Sequence record: SRR16203515_2173
Direction: 5' to 3' (one strand)
DNA: 61,647 nt
Under the pieces are notes generated by a model that saw nothing but the letters and a program-made list of their open reading frames with translations, was not told the origin of the DNA and made no database searches. Positions 39,820 to 48,815 of the stretch are shown here, in pieces. Numbering within the stretch: position 1 is the first letter of the stretch; every line of letters starts with the position of its first letter. The position numbers and the translations under genes were made by a program.

Positions 39820-40584
39820 TCAAACGATTTTAAAATTATCACCCAGATAAACACGTTTCACATTCGCATCTGAAACAACTTCGTCCGCCGTCCCAGACAT
39901 AAGAACTTTTCCATCATGTAGGATGTACGCGCGATCCACGATTTCCAAAGTTTCTCGCACATTGTGATCCGTAATCAGAACACCAATACCACGCGTCTTA
40001 AGGTCCGAAACTAAATCACGAATGTCGCTGACTGAAATTGGGTCAACGCCAGCAAATGGTTCGTCTAATAATAGATATTTGGGCTTTGCTGCCAGGGCTC
40101 TGGCAATTTCGACGCGTCGGCGTTCCCCACCTGATAATGCAACGGCAGATGTTCTTCTTAGGTGTTCGATGGAAAATTCACCAAGCAATTCTTCCAATCG
40201 TTCGCGACGTGTATGACGATCAGGTTCTGACACATCTAAAATCGCTGAGATGTTGTCTTCCACGCTTAACCCGCGAAAAATGGACACCTCTTGGGGTAAA
40301 TATCCAATGCCAAGTCGGGCGCGACGATACATGGGTAGGGTAGAAACATCGACACCATCAACCTTGACTTGGCCGCCATCAGGGTTGACCAAACCAGCAA
40401 TCGAATAAAACGTTGTCGTTTTGCCAGATCCGTTCGGTCCAAGCAATGCAACAACTTCACCGCGACGTAACTGCATTGACACATCATGGATCACGGTGCG
40501 TTTTTTGTAACTTTTTCTTAGGCCTTTAATGGTGAGCCCAGAGTCTGATGACACTTCGTTTAATGTTGCTTCGGCCAACGTCAA
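39820..40584 (-). CDS. lptB: LPS export ABC transporter ATP-binding protein
   Basis: GPNGSGKTT, GYLPQE, LSGGERRRVEIAR, DEPFAGVDP, TDHNVRETL. Confidence 0.96.
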   Translation of the reverse strand: MTLAEATLNEVSSDSGLTIKGLRKSYKKRTVIHDVSMQLRRGEVVALLGPNGSGKTTTFYSIAGLVNPDGGQVKVDGVDVSTLPMYRRARLGIGYLPQEVSIFRGLSVEDNISAILDVSEPDRHTRRERLEELLGEFSIEHLRRTSAVALSGGERRRVEIARALAAKPKYLLLDEPFAGVDPISVSDIRDLVSDLKTRGIGVLITDHNVRETLEIVDRAYILHDGKVLMSGTADEVVSDANVKRVYLGDNFKIV

Positions 40585-41063
40585 TTACCCCCCGGGATCA
40601 ACGTTGTGGACACGCGGCCTGTCATCACAGCCGATCCAGTGTCTGTGTTCAATTCAATGTTCTCAGCATTAAGTGTATTGCCCGCCTGCAAAAACATTGC
40701 GTTGCCGTTTAAATAGATCATGTTCTCGGACAATTGATATGTCGCCTCGTCACCTTTGGCGACGTCGCCAGAACTCTCTAAATAGACCGAGCCAGATGCA
40801 TAAATTGTTTCTATGTCACTTTGGTCTTCAGTGTATTCAATTCGAACAAACGCAGCGGTTAATTTTGTAAGCCCTTGAATAATTTCAACAGCTCCAGACA
40901 TCTGAATTTGACCAGTTACTTCGTCAATTTCCATTTTGTCAGCCTGCGCCTCAATCGGTTGACTGCTATCTTCAGCCAATGATCCGAATTGTCCCGCAGT
41001 ATCTTGGGCAACAACGTATGTGGTCGTAAAAATAAAAACCAATATCGTACGAAGAAATGTCAT
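40581..41063 (-). CDS. lptA: LPS transport periplasmic protein (LptA/OstA)
   Basis: Signal peptide, PIEAQAD, beta-jellyroll pattern, terminal GRVST. Directly upstream of lptB. Confidence 0.85.
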   Translation of the reverse strand: MTFLRTILVFIFTTTYVVAQDTAGQFGSLAEDSSQPIEAQADKMEIDEVTGQIQMSGAVEIIQGLTKLTAAFVRIEYTEDQSDIETIYASGSVYLESSGDVAKGDEATYQLSENMIYLNGNAMFLQAGNTLNAENIELNTDTGSAVMTGRVSTTLIPGGN

Positions 41064-41078
41064 AAAGCGTCCAATTCG

Positions 41079-41684
41079 TTATTGCTCAGGATTGTATATC
41101 AGTTTCACGTTGTCAGTAAAAACAAATCTACGGGGCGAGGTGGAAGTTTGGCGAAATATCTCCAATTTTTCTGAGGTGATTGAATTATTTCGATCAATTA
41201 ACTGTACACTCCCATCAAAAACAGAAGTGGTCATATCGCGATTTGTGAGCAGTTTCCCCGCATTCACTTGTCGCATTTCATCACCGGTCATCACGACATC
41301 GCCGATGAATTCAACGGTGTCTGCTGCGGTATCCAAACGTGCTTGGTTTGCCGTGATGATGCCTATGGAAATTTGATCATCGATAAATTCTGCACGCACA
41401 GTCGTAAACATAGTAACCTCTTGATCGCCCTGCGCGGGTACCAGTCGTTCGGCGGATACTCGGACTTCAGTGCCGTTCTGTGTCGAACCGATGTAAAGTG
41501 GATTGGCAACAGCTTGTTCTCTTAACCGTTCGCTAATTTCACGAACGGAAAAGGGCAAGTTGGTTTGATCGGTTTGCCCGCGTGATAGGGCAAAAACACC
41601 GATGATTAACAGGATCGCAACCGAGGGCAAAATGATTTTCACAGCAAATATGCTCTGTGAATATGTCAACTTGCGCCCTGCCAT
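41079..41684 (-). CDS. lptC: LPS export protein LptC
   Basis: Single N-terminal TM segment (KIILP...LSR), terminal FTDNVKLIYNP, and operon position. Confidence 0.8.
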   Translation of the reverse strand: MAGRKLTYSQSIFAVKIILPSVAILLIIGVFALSRGQTDQTNLPFSVREISERLREQAVANPLYIGSTQNGTEVRVSAERLVPAQGDQEVTMFTTVRAEFIDDQISIGIITANQARLDTAADTVEFIGDVVMTGDEMRQVNAGKLLTNRDMTTSVFDGSVQLIDRNNSITSEKLEIFRQTSTSPRRFVFTDNVKLIYNPEQ

Positions 41685-41690
41685 TGTGAA

Positions 41691-42302
41691 TCAGTGCGAA
41701 AAGATATCTTCGTCGGGCCAGCCTTTTAAATCAAGCAAGGCACGTTGTGGTAGAAAATCGAAACAGGCTTGTGCAATTCCTGCACGTTCTTCCCTTTCCA
41801 ACCGTTCATTCAGTACATCGCGTAAACGATGCAGATAAAGAACATCTGAGGCCGCATAGGACACTTGTGCATCTGAAAGCTTATCTGCACCCCAATCGCT
41901 GGATTGTTGCTGTTTGGATATGTCGACGTCTAACAATTCCTGAAGAAGGTTTTTCAAACCATGTCTGTCGGTATATGTACGCACCAATTTGCTTGCAATT
42001 TTTGTGCAGTAAACAGGTGCGGTCAAAGCGCCGAATGCATGATACATCGCGGCAATATCAAATCGACCAAAGTGGAATAGCTTTAAAACCTCTTGATTTT
42101 CCAACAATTTGCACAGGTTAGGTGCAGATTTCTGTCCCTTAGCGATCTGGACCAAATGTGCGTTTCCATCCCCACCTGACAATTGGACAACACATAAACG
42201 ATCACGATATGGTTTTAGGCCCATTGTTTCACAGTCGATTGCAACGATGGATCCTAAATTCAAATTATCGGGTAAGTCACCTTGGTAGACGTGGTTTGCC
42301 AA
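41691..42302 (-). CDS. rnd: Ribonuclease D (short DEDDy 3'-5' exonuclease)
   Basis: AIDCETMGL, FHFGRFD, CTKIAS, QSSDW, YAASDV. TTG start. Confidence 0.92.
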   Translation of the reverse strand: MANHVYQGDLPDNLNLGSIVAIDCETMGLKPYRDRLCVVQLSGGDGNAHLVQIAKGQKSAPNLCKLLENQEVLKLFHFGRFDIAAMYHAFGALTAPVYCTKIASKLVRTYTDRHGLKNLLQELLDVDISKQQQSSDWGADKLSDAQVSYAASDVLYLHRLRDVLNERLEREERAGIAQACFDFLPQRALLDLKGWPDEDIFSH

Positions 42303-42457
42303 TATTCTAAACCTTTTTGCTTAGTTTTTACTCACATACGTGGGTTTCGCGTCCTTCGCAACTCTTGCCGAATAGGAAGATGACGTTACGGCGATAAACA
42401 ACCTACTGGACCATGCTGGATTGTTTTTTCATAGTTTTAGTAACGAAAGGATCGAAC

Positions 42458-43276
42458 ATGACTCCAACTGCGCTCTTTGAACTGAACGGGAAAACGGCAC
42501 TTGTCACTGGCGGGGCTACTGGCATCGGGAGGATGGCCACGACAGCGCTTGCCGCAGCAGGTGCGCAGGTTTTCATCGCCTCACGGAAAATCGATGCCTG
42601 CCGTGCGACTGCCGATGAAATAAATTGCCTGAGTTTCGCAGGCAGTGTGCATGCCATGCAGGGGGATGTCGCAACAGAAGACGGCATCGAGCAATTAATC
42701 AATGACTTGGACAACCAAACGGACAAGCTACATATTTTAATGAATAATGCTGGTCGCACGTGGGGCGCGCCACTGGGAACGTTTCCACACAGTGCTTGGG
42801 CAAAAGTCTTTGATCTAAATGTTGCGGGGATGTTCCATTTGACACAGCGTTTAGCCAACAAATTGGCCGGATCGTCTACGCCTGATGATCCTGCACGCGT
42901 TGTGAATGTCGGTTCAGTGATGGGTGAAATTCCGATGGGGGATGGTGCCTATTCATACGCGGCATCAAAGGCTGCGGTGCATCAAATGACGCGTATTTTG
43001 GGAAAAGAACTATCGGATCAACATATCACCATCAATGCGTTGGCACCTGGTCCATTTCAGTCAGGCATGACTAAATTTGTGATTGGAGAGGATAGCGGCG
43101 CAGATCGTGTTGGGGCGCGTGTGCCACTTGGCCGTGTCGGACGTCCAGAAGATATTGCGGCATGTATGCAGTTCCTATGTGGTGCAGGTGGCTCTTACAT
43201 CACGGGTGCGGTTATTCCAGTATCTGGTGGTATCAACGTCATGACGGGCCCAAGTATCTTTGGAGAAGATGAATGA
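42458..43276 (+). CDS. Classical SDR oxidoreductase (RhlG/FabG-like)
   Basis: TGGATGIG, NNAG, GS, YAASK, PG. RBS AAAGG precedes ATG 42458. Confidence 0.92.
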   Translation: MTPTALFELNGKTALVTGGATGIGRMATTALAAAGAQVFIASRKIDACRATADEINCLSFAGSVHAMQGDVATEDGIEQLINDLDNQTDKLHILMNNAGRTWGAPLGTFPHSAWAKVFDLNVAGMFHLTQRLANKLAGSSTPDDPARVVNVGSVMGEIPMGDGAYSYAASKAAVHQMTRILGKELSDQHITINALAPGPFQSGMTKFVIGEDSGADRVGARVPLGRVGRPEDIAACMQFLCGAGGSYITGAVIPVSGGINVMTGPSIFGEDE

Positions 43277-43737
43277 CGAAACAGATGACAATCGCTGAAT
43301 ATCACGCGCGGGTTGGAACAAGTTTTGGCGCGAGTGAGTGGTATTTGATTGACCAAGCACGCATTGATGACTTCGCAAAAAATACCGAGGATTTTCAATT
43401 CATTCATATCGACACGGAACGCGCCAAAGACACACCATTTGGAACGACAATCGCGCATGGTTTTCTGACTTTGTCTATGTTGTCTGCCATGTTTTACGAT
43501 GTGGTACCGGACATCATTGGATCAAAAATGGGCGTAAACTATGGGTTCGATAAAATCAGATTCCTTGCGCCTGTCAAAGCGGGTGCACGCATCCGCGGCC
43601 ACTTTACCCTGCAAGAGTTACGTGAATCGCGGCCGGGTGAAGTGACAAACGTATGGGAAGTTAAGGTCGAAATTGAAAACGAAGATAAGCACGCATTGAT
43701 CGCAAAATGGATCGGCCGCGACTACGTGGGAGAATAA
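43273..43737 (+). CDS. MaoC/NodN-like (R)-specific enoyl-CoA hydratase
   Basis: DFQFIHID, TIAHGFLTLS, NYGFDKIRF. Confidence 0.92.
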   Translation: MTKQMTIAEYHARVGTSFGASEWYLIDQARIDDFAKNTEDFQFIHIDTERAKDTPFGTTIAHGFLTLSMLSAMFYDVVPDIIGSKMGVNYGFDKIRFLAPVKAGARIRGHFTLQELRESRPGEVTNVWEVKVEIENEDKHALIAKWIGRDYVGE

Positions 43738-43739
43738 GA

Positions 43740-44411
43740 GTGCCCAAGATCATATTTGTTCGACACGGTCAGGCGCAATTTGGCCAAGCGAATTACGATA
43801 AACTGTCCGAGGTTGGACATGAACAATCAGTTGCGCTGGGCACAGCACTTTTGGAACAAGGGGTAACAATAGATCGTTGGGTTCGCGGGGACATGGTGCG
43901 CCATGACGAAACCCTGAGGGGTATATCACATGGCATGCGAATGCAGATTACAGATCAAATCGTTACACCAGACTTAAATGAATACGATTTTACAGGTCTA
44001 TTGGACGCGCGTTTTGCCGGCAGCAAAGCGCCCACGGGACTGCATACGGATCGCAAAACACATTTTCGGTTGCTCCGTGAAACTCTCGCTCATTGGCAGA
44101 ACGATGAAATTGCAACCCCTCCAGAACCCTGGGCCGCATTTGAGGCACGCCTGGAGCGCGCGCAGCAGACGATTTTTGAACTAGAGGGTGACACAATCTT
44201 GGTGGTGAGCTCGGGTGGTGCAATTTCAAAGATTGTCGCAAATGCGCTAGGTGCCTCACACGCAAAGCAAGTTGATCTTCAGCTGCAAATCAAAAATGCC
44301 TCTATGTCGACATTTATCTATTCGCGTCGCACGGGCGGCTTATTTCTGAATGCGTTCAACGAAACCCCATTTGTTTCTGTGAAAACGCGGCATCTGTTAA
44401 CCTATAGTTAG
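43740..44411 (+). CDS. Histidine phosphatase family protein
   Basis: VRHGQA, YDKLS, NEYDF, VSSGGAI, terminal TYS. GTG start. Confidence 0.9.
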   Translation: MPKIIFVRHGQAQFGQANYDKLSEVGHEQSVALGTALLEQGVTIDRWVRGDMVRHDETLRGISHGMRMQITDQIVTPDLNEYDFTGLLDARFAGSKAPTGLHTDRKTHFRLLRETLAHWQNDEIATPPEPWAAFEARLERAQQTIFELEGDTILVVSSGGAISKIVANALGASHAKQVDLQLQIKNASMSTFIYSRRTGGLFLNAFNETPFVSVKTRHLLTYS

Positions 44412-44422
44412 GATGTGTGATT

Positions 44423-45448
44423 ATGGAACAAGAACTTGTTAATCCCGCAAAATTAGAACCATGGCTCAAACAACATGTGCCAGGGTTTGAAGGGCCTTTT
44501 GATATCATCAAACTGGCTGGTGGACAGTCCAATCCAACATTTCGATTAGATGCGCGAGGTGGATCCTATGTTCTTCGGCGAAAGCCACCTGGGGTTTTGT
44601 TAAAGTCAGCACATGCGGTTGATCGTGAGTTTCGGGTGCAAAGTGCCTTGTCTGAAACAAACGTACCTGTCGCTAGAATGCACGCACTTTGCGAGGACGA
44701 CGATGTGCTCGGTGCCTCATTTTATGTGATGGACATGATTGATGGGCAGAGTTTTGATGACCCGCAGTTGCTTGAGGTGAGTGTAGATCAGCGCAGAGCG
44801 ATTTATTCTGAAATGAACCGAGTTCTGGCGGAAATTCACGCGGTTGACCTGACTGCGAGTGGTCTGGACGATTATGGCGCACCTGGAAATTACTTTCGAC
44901 GCCAAACCGATCGATGGTCAAAACAATATAAGGCGACGGAAACTAAACGTATTTCAGATATGGATGATTTGATGATCTGGCTGGATCAAAATATGCCAGA
45001 AGACGATGGCCAAAGAAGCTTGGTTCATGGCGATTACCGGATAGATAATCTGTTGTTTTCAAAAGATGGACCAGATTGTTTGGCCGTTCTTGATTGGGAA
45101 TTGTCAACGCTTGGGCATCCATATGCGGACCTTGCGGCCGTTATCATGCAGGGGCGCATGCCAGTCGGCGAAGACGGCCGTGGTTTAGCAGGAGTGGACC
45201 GCGCAAAACATGGACTGCCCACTGATCAGGAATTCATTGATGAATATTGCGATCGTCGTGGGATCGCGGGCATTGATGACTTTGGGTTTTATTTGGCCTT
45301 TTGTTTTTTCCGAATGGCGGGCATTCTGCAAGGTGTAAAAAAACGCGCATTAGATGGAAATGCGGCGGATCCGCAACGGGCATTGAGATTGGGAAAATAT
45401 GTTGATGAATTTGTGCGCCAAGGCCTCGCCGCGGCAAAAACGGTTTGA
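44423..45448 (+). CDS. APH-family phosphotransferase, ACAD10/ACAD11 kinase-domain-like
   Basis: GGQSNPTF, VLRRKPPG, SAHAVDREF, HGDYRIDN, AVLDWELSTLGHP. Confidence 0.92.
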   Translation: MEQELVNPAKLEPWLKQHVPGFEGPFDIIKLAGGQSNPTFRLDARGGSYVLRRKPPGVLLKSAHAVDREFRVQSALSETNVPVARMHALCEDDDVLGASFYVMDMIDGQSFDDPQLLEVSVDQRRAIYSEMNRVLAEIHAVDLTASGLDDYGAPGNYFRRQTDRWSKQYKATETKRISDMDDLMIWLDQNMPEDDGQRSLVHGDYRIDNLLFSKDGPDCLAVLDWELSTLGHPYADLAAVIMQGRMPVGEDGRGLAGVDRAKHGLPTDQEFIDEYCDRRGIAGIDDFGFYLAFCFFRMAGILQGVKKRALDGNAADPQRALRLGKYVDEFVRQGLAAAKTV

Positions 45449-45849
45449 GCATGCATCCTGTTGAATTAAACGAACCGCTAAGTGGTTTTCAAAAACACAT
45501 GGGCTATGAATTGGTCGAATGGTCCGACGGGTTTGCAAAACTCGTCATGCCGATTGGTCCGCATTTATTAAATCGTGAGGGTATTCCGCACGGCGGGGCG
45601 CTTGCCACTGTATTGGATACGGCGATGGGATTTGCGGGATCATATACGGGTGATCCCGATAAGCCAAATATTGTGATGACACTAAATCTGTCGGTAAACT
45701 ACATGGCGAAAGCGAATGGCACTCGTTTGATCACAACCGCCAATGTGACGGGCGGTGGATATAAAACGTTCTTTGCCGAAGCGCGTGTCAACGATGAATT
45801 GGGAACAGTGGCCGCGACGGCCACTGGTGTCTTTAAGCACAAGATTTAA
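45445..45849 (+). CDS. PaaI-family thioesterase
   Basis: HLLNREGIPHGG...LDTAMG hotdog-fold motif. Confidence 0.9.
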   Translation: MSMHPVELNEPLSGFQKHMGYELVEWSDGFAKLVMPIGPHLLNREGIPHGGALATVLDTAMGFAGSYTGDPDKPNIVMTLNLSVNYMAKANGTRLITTANVTGGGYKTFFAEARVNDELGTVAATATGVFKHKI

Positions 45850-45852
45850 AAA

Positions 45853-46914
45853 TTACAGCCAACCTTGAAGGTTCCGGCTGATGATCTGTGTCAGCGCATC
45901 TATATGTGCGTCATCATCATTCAGGCACGGAATGTAGGTGAATTTTTCTCCGCCCGCTTCCTCAAAGCTTTCTTTAATTTCTTCGTTAATCTCTTCTAAT
46001 GTCTCAATGCAGTCTGCTGAAAACGCAGGTGCAATAACAACAATCCGCTTTTTGCCGTCTTCTTCTGCAAGTCGTGCCACTTCTTCTACTGTATATGGCT
46101 TTAACCACTCTTCTGGCCCGAACTTGGATTGGAATGTTGTCACGATATCTGTGTCGGCCCATCCCAAACGCTCTTTTAACAGTCGTGTCGTTTTTTGACA
46201 TTGGCAATGGTAGGGGTCGCCTTGCATCAGATAGCGTTTTGGAACGCCATGGTATGAACAGACAAGAACCTCTGGTTTATTTTCCGCCTCTGCATAGGCC
46301 TTTTCAACAGATTGCGCCAAGGCCTCAATATATGCTGCGTCATCAAAATATGGCTCAACAATACGTGCGATGGGCTGCCATTTTTCATCCATCAAAGCGC
46401 GGAAAAACTGATCATTTGCAGTTGCAGACGTCGCGCCTGCATAGTGCGGATACAATGGAAAGAACAATATTTTCGAACACCCTTTCGCAACCATTTCGCG
46501 CACCTTAGACTTGGTCGAAGGATTGCCATAGCGCATGGCGAAATCCACAACGACTTTATCGCCGTACATTTCATTGGCGCGCTCTTTGATCTTTGCTGTC
46601 TGCGCCTTGGTAATTGTCATCAAGGGGCTTTCGCCCGCATCCTCATTCCAGATTGATTTATAGGCTGCGCCCGAACGGAAGGGGCGAGATGTCAGAATAA
46701 TCAGTTGAAGAAGCGGTTGCCAAAGATACGCGGGATAATCGATCACGCGTTTATCGGACAAAAATTCACCCAGATATCGACGCATGGACCAATAATCATA
46801 GTTATCAGGCGTTCCCAGATTGGCAATCAGGATCCCGACTTTTGGTTCTGGTACTTTGGGATGATCTGGTGCTGCATGTACAGGGCAACTTAGGGGCGTA
46901 TTTTTATCAAACAT
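45853..46914 (-). CDS. hemH: Ferrochelatase
   Basis: NLGTP, EFLSDKRV, AMRYGNP, PLYP, SYHGVP, FQSKFG, DCIETLEEI. Confidence 0.97.
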   Translation of the reverse strand: MFDKNTPLSCPVHAAPDHPKVPEPKVGILIANLGTPDNYDYWSMRRYLGEFLSDKRVIDYPAYLWQPLLQLIILTSRPFRSGAAYKSIWNEDAGESPLMTITKAQTAKIKERANEMYGDKVVVDFAMRYGNPSTKSKVREMVAKGCSKILFFPLYPHYAGATSATANDQFFRALMDEKWQPIARIVEPYFDDAAYIEALAQSVEKAYAEAENKPEVLVCSYHGVPKRYLMQGDPYHCQCQKTTRLLKERLGWADTDIVTTFQSKFGPEEWLKPYTVEEVARLAEEDGKKRIVVIAPAFSADCIETLEEINEEIKESFEEAGGEKFTYIPCLNDDDAHIDALTQIISRNLQGWL

Positions 46915-46965
46915 TCTTTTGTCATTCCGTTAGTCCCATCAGACATAAGGCAATCACGCCTGTGG

Positions 46966-47787
46966 TCAATCTTTCAAATTGTGTTCTGCGACACCAAGTG
47001 CATCTGCAAGCCGCATTTTTGCGGAACCTGGGCGCAGCGGCTTTTGTTGACTTTCGTCCGGCGCCCAACCAGTCAGGAAAATCTGTTCAAAGGTTGCTAT
47101 CAACTGTTCGTCAGAATTTGTAAATTCTGTTTTGTAAATTGCCTCTGCCCGCTGAAACAGGCTGCGGGGTGTGAAGCGTCGCGAACGATCGGTCATCGGG
47201 TTGGCTTCACCCATCGCACGTAGATCATTCATCAATGTAAGTAAATTTGGATAGGCCACGGTTTGTGCAGCGCTATCCGCCACCGGCAACGCAAGGTTTG
47301 CACGCTGAAGCAATGCCCCCAAATCTTGAAGATCGGCCATGGGCAGGACACGTGGCGATAGCCCGCCTGTGATCTGGCTTTCTGCTGTTGCCAAAGAACT
47401 CCTAAGTTCTTGCAAGGTTTGACCACCAAAGCAGATCGCAATAAACAAACCATCCGCGCGCAGGCTGCGTGCACATTGAATGATCTGTCCTACGGGATCG
47501 TTTGCGCAGTGCAGGGCCAATGCATGGATGATCAAGTCACAGCCTTGCACAGATAAATCCAACACATCTGTGTCCTCAATCACCCGTGCTTCAGGAAAGG
47601 CGGCGGCCCATGGATCTGCCCACCCGGTGACGATCACGATATCCTTAAAGGATTTGTTAACCATCATCAGCCGATCTTGAACGTCTGCGATCGCAAGGTC
47701 GTGCAAAAACGTTCCGTGTTGCGTCAAACGACGCGCGCGGTTTTGCAAAAGCGCCTTGCGGTCAATTAATTGGTTTTGTCCTGTCAT
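46966..47787 (-). CDS. SAM-dependent methyltransferase (BioC/NDUFAF5-like)
   Basis: LHCANDP, GGQTLQELR, DLRAMGE, QQKPLRPGSA. Divergent from comF. Confidence 0.88.
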   Translation of the reverse strand: MTGQNQLIDRKALLQNRARRLTQHGTFLHDLAIADVQDRLMMVNKSFKDIVIVTGWADPWAAAFPEARVIEDTDVLDLSVQGCDLIIHALALHCANDPVGQIIQCARSLRADGLFIAICFGGQTLQELRSSLATAESQITGGLSPRVLPMADLQDLGALLQRANLALPVADSAAQTVAYPNLLTLMNDLRAMGEANPMTDRSRRFTPRSLFQRAEAIYKTEFTNSDEQLIATFEQIFLTGWAPDESQQKPLRPGSAKMRLADALGVAEHNLKD

Positions 47788-47798
47788 AATGGTCAGAT

Positions 47799-48533
47799 AT
47801 GCTGAAATCGCCTGTAATTCAAACTGCTATACGCATGTTGTATCCACCACAGTGCATTATGTGTCGCGAACAACTGCAATTTGAAAACGCGCTGTGTGGT
47901 TCATGTTGGCGCGACATGCCGTTTAATACCGATTGCGCGTGTGTTCGTTGCGGTGCATCGTTGATTGGCGATACGGAAACCGCAGGTGCAGAGTGCGATG
48001 ACTGCATACAAAACCCACCTCCTTGGGCCGAAGGTCGGGCTGTGTTTCGTTATCAAGGCTTGGCGCGCAAAATGATACTTGAATTGAAACATGGTGATCG
48101 ACCAGAGCTTGCCGTGCCAGCCACAGGTTGGATGTCGCACATAGCGGCAGATCTCATAACCGAAAAAACATTAATTGTCCCGATCCCAGTTCACTGGCAG
48201 CGATTTTTTCAACGCAAATATAATCAAGCCGAAGTATTGGCAAAACACGTTTCGAAACATTCTGGGGCTGAATTGAGGCCTGATATCCTGCGGCGTCCCC
48301 GAAAAACGGTTCCTTTGAAGCAGGTTAATCGAAACGAACGGTTTTCAATTCTAGAAAATGCTTCTGAAATTAACTCCGATAGGGCGCAGCGATTGAAGGA
48401 ACGAAACATCGTCTTGATTGATGATGTAATGACCTCGGGCGCAACGCTGAGTGCTGCAGCAAAAACGCTTCAACAGGCAGGGGCAGGGGATATTTCCGTA
48501 CTTGTACTGGCAAGAGTGACAGAAAACGCCTAA
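47799..48533 (+). CDS. comF: ComF family protein
   Basis: Double zinc ribbon (four CxxC), RKYNQA, PRTase motif LIDDVMTSGAT. Confidence 0.92.
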   Translation: MLKSPVIQTAIRMLYPPQCIMCREQLQFENALCGSCWRDMPFNTDCACVRCGASLIGDTETAGAECDDCIQNPPPWAEGRAVFRYQGLARKMILELKHGDRPELAVPATGWMSHIAADLITEKTLIVPIPVHWQRFFQRKYNQAEVLAKHVSKHSGAELRPDILRRPRKTVPLKQVNRNERFSILENASEINSDRAQRLKERNIVLIDDVMTSGATLSAAAKTLQQAGAGDISVLVLARVTENA

Positions 48534-48557
48534 ATGGTTGGAAAAGGATAGGATGAG

Positions 48558-48815
48558 ATGAGCATTCAAATTTATACCAGCCCACTCTGTGGTTACTGTC
48601 ATGCTGCAAAACGACTTTTGCAAAGCAAAGATGTTAAGTTTGTGGAAGTAGACCTCGCCAACGAACCAGAGCGTCGAGAAGAAATGGTCCAACGATCCAA
48701 TGGTGGTCGCACGGTTCCGCAAATTTTCATTGATGATCATCATGTCGGTGGGTGTGATGATCTTTATGATTTGGAACGCGCAGGAAAGCTTGACCCGCTG
48801 TTACAGGTATCTTGA
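48558..48815 (+). CDS. grxC: Glutaredoxin 3
   Basis: CGYC, TVPQIFI, GGCDDL. Confidence 0.96.
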   Translation: MSIQIYTSPLCGYCHAAKRLLQSKDVKFVEVDLANEPERREEMVQRSNGGRTVPQIFIDDHHVGGCDDLYDLERAGKLDPLLQVS

